DNA of 64,000 bases from Lytechinus pictus (lineage: Eukaryota): NCBI RefSeq assembly GCF_037042905.1, contig NC_087246.1:2296001-2360000 (forward strand), in the 5' to 3' direction. Positions within the stretch are counted from its first letter, which is position 1, and each line of letters opens with the position of its first letter. This document shows, in pieces, positions 50,301 to 62,300 of this stretch. The translations under genes were made by a program, and so were the position numbers. The notes below the pieces were generated by a model. The model was not told the DNA's origin and did no database searches. It saw nothing but the letters and a program-made list of their open reading frames with translations.

Positions 50301-53300
50301 AGGCCAAGGATCTTTTGGATTCATTTGATCCATATAAAACCTGGGCTTTTTTTTTCTATTTTGATAAGGAGTGCAATATATATTCATATTTTTTCCCACT
50401 TGCATGAAGAAATGTGCCACACAATGCAGAAATATAGAACGCTGTATGCTTCAACAAATTTGATCTTTTGCACACTGTTATTAGGAGAAACACATGAAAT
50501 AAAGCACAGAAAAGAGTATTTTACTTAATATAAAATTCGTAATTTTTAAAATAGAAATCTTACAAAAACTAAAAGGAAATTACCATTTTGGCCTTGATAT
50601 CCAAGAACATGTCAAAGACCTTATCAAAGGAAGCTAAGAGACACTGCCACATGCCAGCTTTATCCTTGATGATAGCCTTGTCTTCCAGGTAAGTAAAGAC
50701 TGCTGCAAAGCTGGTTGGTATGGCATTGCTGACACGCAGGGTCTCAAGCCGATGAACCGATAACAGGTAGGTACATTGGGCAAAATTGAGCTTGTTGACA
50801 ATGACTGTGACCTCAGGAGAGTGCTCCATGAGACTCAAGATATTCTGACGGAGTTCGTTCAGGTCATTCTGATTCAAGGATAAGAAGTATCATAATGGTG
50901 TTGTGGTATAGTGGTTAATTCAAAAGACTTCAAAACCATGAGGTAAAAGGTTCAAATACTGTACAGCCCATAAATTTCAAGTCAGCTTCTGAGTGCGTAA
51001 CATACAAGTAGATCAGCATTTGGAATCAATACTATGGATCAAATTAAACTAGATTATGTACATGGTAACATTTGTACAACATGATAACACTTGTGAGAAA
51101 GGGGGAGGATACCATGTGTACATATAATGCATTTTTTTCATTCCATTAACTGGAACAGGCTACCACCTGCAGCAGTACCTTCAAAAGAATTGGTATTGCC
51201 ATCACCATCCTCTCAAACATACCCCTTATCTATGCAAATAACATCATGATTGTCAAGATGGGCTCATAAGCTTTATGCTTCAAGTCTCAATAACCAAGTA
51301 AATCAAGAGGGAGGGTACAATTATTTGGCATTGTGTATTTACTTCAATCTACAGAGTATTCTACTCACATATGTCATGCTATCATTCCTAAGAGCAGAGT
51401 TGTATTGGAGTTCTGATCGCAGATGTTCCCCGGGACTAGATGTAAGAAGGGGAGATTTGGCAGCGATGTGACAGACTCCTTCATACCACTCCTTTGGCCA
51501 CAGACCTATAAATAGAACAGAAGGCATCATTATGGTAAATTCTTGAATCACTCTCAATTCATCATGCCTGTGTGCTGTGCAAGGCATGCAACTGTGTGTA
51601 ACACCTCCAAGCTCCATGCTTCAGTCAAAGAAAAACCATGTGAAAACACACAAAAAATGTAAACAAAGAACAAATAACCAATTTAACATTTAACAAGGGG
51701 GGGGGGGTATTGTATGACTGTAGTGTACTGTATACATTAACAGTAACTAAGGACAAGTTTATTTTTCAACACTTATACATGTTTTATTTCATTCTTTATT
51801 TATATGCGTAAATGTAAGAAAAAAACTTTTGCAGCCTGCACAGTACATCTCTACAATTTGTGTGGCATAAAAAACTATAAGCATATCATGATTTAAAAAC
51901 TGTCAACATTCAATAGCAACCAAGACATTTGTTGAACTGCTTAAATGACTGTCTGCACTGAAACTCCAGTGTTTCTAATAGAACTGAATGTTGGTTTAAT
52001 TTGAAGTTGCAAGCAATATCATGATGTTGGGGGCAAATAATCATTGCCTGAAATCATGCTGATCAATGGCAGATCATCATTGCTAGAAATTGATTTCACC
52101 TTTGCAAAAAAATAATTTTCTTATTATTATTACTAATTTTCATAGATGTTAAACTCATGAATACTATTGTTAAAGTAAAGCTTCCAGTGAATGTTAATAA
52201 TAACCAATGGCATGCATATGATTGGCCTGCCATAATTTGTAATTCCAGCCAATGTTAATTAAAAAAACAAATAAATTCTTTGTTTCATGCAGTCATGAAT
52301 GGATATATTTCAAATTTGTAACTTTAATCCAGACATGACATTGAAACCAGAAAAATTTACAAACACTGCTAATACATTTAAGTAAAAATGTGTCCAATTA
52401 ATCCATTTTCAAACAAACATGTTTCATTCTCTAACTAAGACATCCTGCTGCAATAAGGCACAATGAAGTATTATCATCAAACAACATAAAAAAAAATGTT
52501 GTCACAAACATTCAAATAAGTCTGAGAATTCACATTCATTATCTCAAAGAAGCAACACTGAGCAATGATAAAACAAGCAATCATTTCGGGTCATTCTTTA
52601 TGTTAACTTGCAGGGCTAACATGAATGAGGATAAAAAGTTAATGGAATCCTAGCCATGGACCGTCAGTGATTGTTATTTACCATGGAAATTAGATAGTCC
52701 TCTTTAAAATTTTATAATAATTATTGTACATGTAGATCACGATGATGATTATTGTAATCATGATCAATTTGGGTTTATTTAAATCATTTTGATGGTGTTT
52801 GATTGATATCATCATTATTAGTAACAGCGGCAATAGAAAATCGCAATCACATAAGCTATTACATGAGGATTCCATTGACTTCTACTAAAACTATCCATTC
52901 TGATATCAAAGGATGGATTGCAAATTCAAAGGCAAATATTAACATTTTATTTTTTCTTCTTCTTTGACTTCCAAGTTCAGTTGCTATTTTGTTGTATTCT
53001 AACAAATCATGAAGTGCAAAGATGCATAATGTTTATGAAAGTTTTAGACATCCTATAAAAAGAAAATTCCAGACAAATAAAGAACAAAATGAAGCTTAGG
53101 ATTGATACTTGACGGACAAACAACTTCATGAAAACACCATTTGCACAATATGCAATTATTTCTCTAAAGTAGCACAGGAAATTTATCATGTTTAAACATC
53201 TTGAGAGACTGACAAAGTTCCTATTGAAATTTTTTTATTTTTTTTAAAGAATATTTTTATGCCAATATTCACCTTTTTGTTGTGTCAGGGGCAAAGGAAT

Positions 53301-56300
53301 GGAAACATAACAATGTAAACGAATGTTGAAATGAAAATAACAAACAAAAAATAACAACAACCAAAAAGAAATAACAGAAATAAAATCAAATATGGTCATA
53401 CGGCGTGTAGTTTGAGGTACAATATTCCATATCTTGATACCTAGGGGAAAAGAGAGTAAAATCTGATGGAAAATATGAAACCACAAGAGAAGGGATTCCA
53501 GCATGATAATGGGGTTATAAAGGACATGAATGTAGAAAGAATATGGGAATACAATATATAGAAGCAAACTTGAGTCCTGATAGATTATTGAAGTTAGTCT
53601 TAAATACTGTATGTATGGATTACAAAGGGTAAACAATATGAAATATGAATACAATACAAGACATGACACAGGAAATCAGAAGATATATAACTTTGTGTCT
53701 GAATCATAAAATCATCTGTACAATCAATCTCACAAAACTTGGCGTAATGGGGCTAAGAACACAGGGTTGTTGATTTTTTTGATTTTTTTTTTAAACTAAA
53801 AAAAATCTGATTTTTTTTATTTAAATCGGATTTTTATGATTTAAATCAGATTTTTTTTATTTTTTTCCAACGAAAAATAATGGTCGCACTTAACAAGTTT
53901 TAAACTATATTTAAATTGTTTTACACCAATAATAGTGGTCAAGTAGTCTTTTGAACATTGTGTATTGTACTATTTGAGACAATAATCCACTTATATACAG
54001 GTAATTTTTTATTTTTTTATTTTATTTATTTGCATTATAGAGAGGGACATTTTATGGAAGCCCAAGTAATGTTATGTATTATGTATACATTTAAACTCTT
54101 GAAATTTTTATATCAGTCAGTTCAAAACATCCGAAGTGTTACTCCAATGCATGAAGTACTCAAGGAACTTGAGAATTTCCAACAAAATTGACATTATTAA
54201 AGGCCTGTTAGGGTTCCTATACTGCCCTTGGGAATTCTAGCTGGGAATATTTCCTAGAATTATCACATGGGGGATTTTAGCTAGGAATATTTCCTAGAAC
54301 TATCACATAGGGGACTTCCCAACTAACAGCTGGTAATAGCTAATAAACAAAGGGTTTTGCAACTTAAGTAATTGAAAGAATGGGTATTAATAGTAACAAG
54401 AAGGAGGTACATATTACAAGTAGTTCAGCTGTTTTGTAAAAGTATCCAAGATGTGGACTTTGAGCACCTTTGTAGATTTTATATATTATTTTATTGAAGA
54501 TTTAACAGTTTGGTGTACATACAGAGAGTTATTTATCATTACTTTGTTAGAAACTTGTTGTTTTCATCAGTTTTGCTTGTTTTACAATTTGAAAATAAAA
54601 CAGTGGTGTTAAATCAGACTCCATGAGGGTGTATCATTCTTTTAAAGTATCTCTAAAGCATGTGGAACAGAAATGAAAATGATTACATTGAAAGTATCTG
54701 TTAAGGACGTTCCACAGTTATGTTTGTGCGCATTATGATCTGCGCAAAGTTTACACTCTACGCGCTGACGTCACAATGGATGAACAGGTGATTAATTAGT
54801 TGCGGGTATGAGCTGATTTTTCTCATCTTCTGCACTTTAACTGTAGATCCGATGCGTTATTTCATGAAGCTAAAAAATTGAATTATTCAATGGAACATTA
54901 AAAAAAAAATCTCTACAATTTCAAAATACTTTACTCTGCAGTGCTGCCAAGAATCACGAATATTACCACGAGTTTGAATAAATGGTAGAGTGGTTTTGAT
55001 TTTTTCTCTTCACATAGATACAAAGCATTCGGCGCATTTTTTGTGTTTTAAAAAGCACATTTGCTATAATAAAAATGCTGATAGTTTAAAAACAAGCACA
55101 TGAACCCCTGTTTTTCAATGTTTGTACCTCTTAGGTATACCTTCCTCTACAACTCTGCAAATTTTGGTGAAAATGACATGGATTTTAAATAAAGTGCAGC
55201 ATTTATAGTACGTTTGTAGTTTGTTACTGAAATTTTACATTTTTTAGATTGGGATTTTGTTATCTTTTACCCCATTTTTAAGAACTGACAGTGCTGTTAA
55301 ACTTAAAATTGCAAACAAATAGCACTATAAGTAGATTCTACACTCTAACGATACAATTATTAACTCTCTTGCGAAATTTGATGACTTTTTCATGTATTTT
55401 GACTGAGTAATAGAGGTTTAAAACTCATTGTAGTACTCTTGGGCGGTCTAAAAATGCCAAATTCTTTTGAATGCGCAATTCTTAAGAACATCAATTTGGG
55501 TGAATTTTGAAGCTCTATAGCAAAAAATCAAGCACATGGACCTATGATAATTTTTGAATATTTAGAATATTAAGGTTCTAAAGTATCTATGCGCAAAGTT
55601 TGGTGAAAATGACATGGATTTCACTTTAACTGTGGAACGTCCTTAAGAAGAAGAGAAAATAGAGAAAACTAATTTTTTTCATAAAAGTTGATTTAAATCA
55701 GTGATTTTTTTGAAAAAAATCAAGTGATTTAAATCGCGATTTAAATCATGATTTAAATTGACATGATTTAAATCAAACAACCCTGTAAGAACATTTCTGT
55801 TACCTCCTCCTGACTTATATATGAGCATGTATTCTCATCCTGTGTGTTATGCATTTTTTTCAGTGTTAAAATGATTTATTATAAATGTACTTTGATGATT
55901 GTGGAATATGAATATATCAATAAATAAATAAATAAATAAATAAATCTACCAGAATGTGCTTTAATAAATCATAGAGTAATCAAATAGAATACTTCATTAA
56001 ATACTATTAGGATATTGGTTCACAAATATGACATAAACTAGATATACCACACACAAAAAGGCAAGACACGAAACTGGTACATACACAGGGTGTCACAGGC
56101 CATGTACAGTAAATTCCGTAATCCAGAAGAAATTTATATATATTTTGTCATTTCAGAATAAATATTAATTGTTCATTTAGCAATCATTAGCCATTAAATA
56201 TAATTTAATACTACACAATGCAATGCAATACTACTGCACATGGCTTTGAATTGTGAATTCCAGGTAACACATAAAAATCATGGGATATGTAGGATAGGAG

Positions 56301-59300
56301 AGACACACATGCAATATTAGTAATTTTTATATTAAAAAAGTAGGATTGCAGATGAAAGACAGGATAGTAATAAAATGTAATGGCAGTAAAAATTCATCAT
56401 TCATCAGAAGAAAGGATGTAAAGTTTAAGTAGCACTAGCAGTAGTATTTAGCAATAGCACTCGCAGCAGTAGAAGTAGTACCCCTGGCAGAAAAATTGGT
56501 GGCAGAATTAGCAAAGCAGTAGCAGAATCAGCAATACAAGCAGAAAAAACACTTAAGCTATGGTAGCAGTTGCTAGAAGCAGTGGAAGTACTACCAAGGC
56601 ACTTTGACAAAAGTCAGTGCCAAAAACATTAAGCAGTAATTCTGAATTCCACATTACTTTTTCCAAGACTAATTGTAAGTATTAGTGATTGAAGGGAGCA
56701 GACTTATAGTCGGGAGAATCAAGATTACATCTAGCTGCCAAAATATTGAGGAAGAGGGTATTCTTGGAGTATTCTCTGGTTCATAGCATTAGGTTGAAAG
56801 CTGAAAGGTAGAAACCTCTGTTGGAAAATACAATTGATGGCTATAGAGTACAGTAGTAAGGAGTCACAAGAGGAGCAGCAGTAAGAGAGGTATATCAGTG
56901 CATAAGAGAGGTATATCAGTGCAGAAACAGCAGAAGAGTGGGAAGTAGTATGAATGTGACAACCGTAGTAGTATTTATAATATTAACCCTAATCCAAGAG
57001 GTAACATATTTGTAACGAGATCAGTTATGGTTATTATATGTTCACAGTGTGGTTGGTAAATAAACATACATGCAAATACAGTATAGTTACATGTAGTTAG
57101 AGAGGGAGTATCTAATCAGCTATATGATATACGAATGCTAATCCAAAGAGTAAACAATCAACATAAATAAAGTAGGTTCAAGATAGAGCATGGACTGTTG
57201 ACAGGTCTACAATTGATGAGAAAAAAGAAGCAGGGGAAGCTGGGAATGATGAATGGAGGTATGGATGAAGAGTCTACTTACCAGAATCCTCTACTGCAAA
57301 CCCCATGACCACACAGTAAAGCCAGAAATCACGGAAGAACTTGTGAAGACGAGGTTTGGGGTCCTGGATGGGTGGCAGTCTTTTGATCAACTATAAGGCA
57401 CAAAGAAACAGACATAAGACACTATAAAAAACATTTCATCCTACATAATACAAATAACATAACCATCCATTTTGTTTCTTTTAGTATCATACAACGTACA
57501 AGAGAATAAACAAATCATGTGTGTTTTTCTTCCTCCTTCTCCTTTCCCCTCTCCATTCCTCTTTGTCTTCTACTTCTTCAGCTGCTGCTAATCAGTTGCA
57601 AATGTCTCTATCCCAACTAATTCAGCAATCACTGCAGGCAATCGCATATTATTATTAAGGATGAGTACTGCTTTAAGAACCCATATCTGATCATCACTCA
57701 TACTTCAATGTCAGAAAAAAACATTACAAAGGAAGTTACAAAAGCATGAATGGCAGAGCTGCCAAGTTGTATTTTGCATTTTCAGTATTCTTATCCCCCA
57801 AAATCAGTATTTTGACAAAAAAATCAGTAACTTTACCGTGTGAGATAAATATTTTGTATTTTTCCCCAAAAAAGTGTATTTCATAATAAAATGCTTGGCG
57901 CACTCGCCAATCACGGCGCTCAAGCTGCATGCAAGCTAAAATGTGCACTGCTCTTGCAGATGAAAAAAAAAAAAATTGAAACTTGTGTATATCTCACCCT
58001 GGTTTTTACAAAATGAATGAAAAAAAAACAAGTTACCTCAAATTGATCTAATAACCATATTTGTGTACGTTTTATGAAATAGAGACATATAGAGATGATT
58101 TTTTTTTTTTTTTTTTTTTTTTAAATAAAAAAAACGTATTTTTTAAAGAAAAAACGTACTGCCGTATTTTGGTTGCAAAAACGTACTAAATACGGAAAAA
58201 TCGTACTACTTGGCAGCTCTGGAATGGTAATACTTCCAACTTTCCTTGTTGGATTACACTACAATATACCCTGTCCCCTTGCCTTCTCCCATCCTATTGT
58301 GTACAGGGGAGTTCAAGAAATATCATTTGAAACCTTTTGTTTTCATGTAATTACAAGCATATTCCTCCATTATCATGCCTACAATAATAATAATAAAAAA
58401 AAAGCATATGACAGCAAAGACAGGCAAACAAAGAGGATAAACAAAGAAACCCCTGATTAACTCACAGTAGCTAAGACAGGAATAAGGATGCCTAAGTTGC
58501 CAGCACTGCTAGATGCCTTGATAGCAGTAGGAGCTCTCTCACTTGCCCGCTTGCCCTCCAGTCCAAGCTGAACAAATAATTCAAGTAGACGAACTAATAG
58601 TTCCTGCTGTTCATTGTCTCCATCAATGAATGCTGCTATGTTTGCTAGGGCATTGATAATAGCCATAGAACAATGCCTAGAGAGAAAGATATCAGGATGA
58701 AAAATGAAAGATGTATGCCCAAGTCTACTTCCTCTCCTCCCCCCCCCCCCCTCTCTCTATTACATATCTTCTTCTTTCAGGGTTTTAGAAGCCTAGCTTA
58801 TCAAAAAACCCATATCGCGGTTTGATTCCTTGTTAATAATCTCATTAAGAGTCTTGTATCCATATTTTGTTTGTACAAGTATGAACATACTTGTAATGCA
58901 TGTAGGGTTATTATTTTATGAGAATTGATAATGCATGAAAGCAATATGTAAATGAAAATAAAGTATTGTAATTCATTCTCTCCAATGATTACTAGTATTT
59001 TGCTTAGCAAAGCATTTAAGATGGACATAGCAAACAATCTTGTAAGAAAGGTTATCATTTGAACATAGAATAAAACAATGAGTTTAGTAGTCCCTATCTT
59101 ACCTGAACCTCTGTGATGCTTGTGAGCTGTTTGGTGCATAGAATAAAACAATGAGTTTAGTAGTCCCTATCTTACCTGAACCTCTGTGAAGCTTGTGAGC
59201 TGTTTGGTGCATAGAATAAAACAATGAGTTTAGTAGTCCCTATCTTACCTGAACCTCTGTGAAGCTTGTGAACTGTTCGGTGCATAATCAGATGACCCTG

Positions 59301-62300
59301 CTTCAACACTGATCTGAATAAACATATTCATTACCTCTTGAGTGACAGCAGCCTATGAAAGAAACAGATGGAATATGGCATTCACAAAAGTACACAGAGA
59401 ATTTGAATTTACACAAACAAATAACTTAATTAAATACTTACTCTAACACAATTCAATAATCAGGATAAAAATTTACACTTAACCATAAATATCACTAAAA
59501 GTATATAAAATTAGATAGTGATCAACACATATAAACACTAACAGAAATATGATCATGTGAAAGAAAAATATTTCAAAATGATCATGCTTTATTTCAGAAA
59601 TTCTCCTGCTTACATTTCCAGCGAGTACCAGGCAGCCAAGCATATCAACAATGAGCACATCTAGGGAAGAAGGGGGTGTGCAGAACCGTTGCTGGAAGAT
59701 CTGCTGTACACTCTCAATGGTACGGGTTGTTTCACTTAGAAGAACAGCCACATGACCCATTGCTAATATGGCGTTGGAGGAAATGAGGGTGGAGTCACGA
59801 TCACTAGCTTCAGCAATGTAGAGGGCGTTTGATACAGAAGCAAGGAAAGCTTGGATGCAATTAGGGTCTTCAATAAGTCCTGAACGAAGTGATCTGTTTG
59901 AAAATATAAAAGCAATTAAGGAATCCATCATTACAATTTCCTACTTGTTTCCTATTGGCAGAAAATTTCATTACCATCTACTAGTATTCAAAGAGACATA
60001 TAATTGGTAAGCAAGCCTTGATCTCCTGACTACACAGAAACCAACAATGCATTTTCTTTTATTGGGTCAAAAATTGAAAGTTAGACAGAAAACTCTTTGG
60101 TAATAATAATTTTTCATTGGAACTTCCTTCAGCTGTGCTTTCTGTATTACTGACGCTGTTCATGTCATAATTCATACTTGATTCATACATATTTCATTTC
60201 TTCTGGTATGATTGCAAAAGGTGAGAAGAATATGGTATTCAAATTCAATTAATCCTGCATCCACTTAATACATGTACAGATGATGTGCATCTGATAAACA
60301 TGTTTCAGGATAAATGATTAGTTCTTCATATACATGTAAAGCACTAGTTTTTTAATTAATTCTGAGGAAAAATAGACTCTCAACAATAGCAAATTTAACT
60401 AGCACATACCTGCACAAGTTAGACATGGCTGCATTTCTTAGTTTTTCATATGGATGTGATCCTTCCCCACTGGTCCTACGTCCACCACCACTACTACTAG
60501 GACCACTACTCGTACCGCGTCCATCCTTTCCAACCCCCGTCCTCTGAAGGCTGGATTCTATAACCCTGATGGTTGGCCCAGCACTCTTACTACTCTCAGC
60601 TTCATGATGTTTATGGAGTTTGACTATGATCCGAGATGGCCCCATTAGAAAGTCTCTCAGTGAGCTGATGGTGGCATGAGCAACCGCTGGAAACTTCTCT
60701 GCCAAAGTGCCCAAACCCTGGAATGTTGAACAGGTATAGTAGTAATTCATCTTCTTGTGACAGACATTAAATCAAATTCATGAAAAATCAATATACTGTA
60801 GAACGACAATTCCTTAACATGGTTTTTTTATATGAACTAGAAAAAAAACACAAAACATTTCAGAAAGGTTCTGTATATAGGGTGTTTAAAAGCAGAAATT
60901 TATGGGAGATTACAATTTGGATATTTCCAAAAACTTATCTTAGCCATCAATTCACATTAAACAAGGCTAAACTATTGCATTTGAATTGTCAATATGAGGA
61001 ATTAATCAATAAGTGTGAAAATACCTGCTGTTTGGCAATGAAATTTACAATTTCACATGCACATCAATATTATTTTTAAAAGATGATACAACAATCATTA
61101 TTCAAATATTCAAAATGAATTGATGTCACACCTGAAGAGAGCATAGAAGTAGAGGCATATCAGCTATGAGTTGTTTGCTGCCAGCACTAGAATGTAATTT
61201 CTCAGTCAGCCTTCCAATAAGACTATCAGCTCCTGGTAGAAATACAAGAAATAAGATATGAAAACAGGAGGAAGAGGCATTCTTGATGACATCTTACAGA
61301 TTAGTAAGTATGACAAAATTTTATCTATTTAGCATGCGAATGATATAATCAAATATATCTATTAAGAGTGGATAATGTACAATCAGCTAAATAATATCAC
61401 AAGCAATTTGTTTATATTTTGCGCTTAATATCTACAATCAATTCAATGAATGGCAATTTAATTTTTTTTAATGGGCTGAATGGCAATTAGGTCACATGAT
61501 ATAGTGGACAAACTATGTGACTATCCCATTCCCATCCCATATAGAATATGTGGAATGAGAGCAAATAAAAAAGTATTGTACACAAATCAACAATTTAGTA
61601 TATAAAGTAGAAAACAGAGATTGCCTATGATAAATCATATCAGAAAGATTTCACAAATAGAGTTTAGCTATACATATCCTATGAAGTTGGCCTAAAGTTA
61701 TGTGAAGGGTGTCCTGAAGTGAAAATCTGAGGTATTGAAGCAAAGATGTTTGGCAGGAATCATTACAATTTATCTCTATGCTAACAAAAATATAAGTTAA
61801 GCATAACCAGCACTCTCCACGTTTCAAAATTATAACAGAATGAGGAAAAACCTGTTTCATCATTAGCTGCCCACACAAGGAGGTCAACACATGTGGCATT
61901 AGCCCTGAGTGCTAACTCTCGAGAATTGAACCTGCATGGACCCTTAGTAGCACTCTCAACACTCAGTTCCTGAAGCTCAGTCTGACCGGAGAGGAAGAGT
62001 TCTCGGACGAATGCATGGACCTCTACTTGAAAGCTATCTGGTAATCCTGAAATTTTGAAGAAATATTAGGAATTAGTTAATCAAGTATTCAACACAACAA
62101 AACAAAATAAGTAAATTAAAACATTTTAGAAGGAATACAAGGGTAATTTGAAAGCTTGTTTAATGGAAACGAGATACATGTCCTGTAGAACTGACTGACA
62201 AAAACATTTTCAAAGGTAAAGCATTTCATTTGATAAAAGCAATTAACTGACATGCCTTTCAAACAAAATCATAAGAAAAAAAAAATCACATTTCAAACAC

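Noticed and set aside
53105..53165. Acceptor-like TTCCTGTGCTACTTTAG in the long PI4KA intron
   Set aside because: In the required phase it hits a stop after two codons, and the donor is weak
56070..56150. Minus-strand [11 protein letters not shown] resembling the PI4KA exon [11 protein letters not shown] (possible mutually exclusive exon)
   Set aside because: In-frame stop just upstream and no usable acceptor; probably chance
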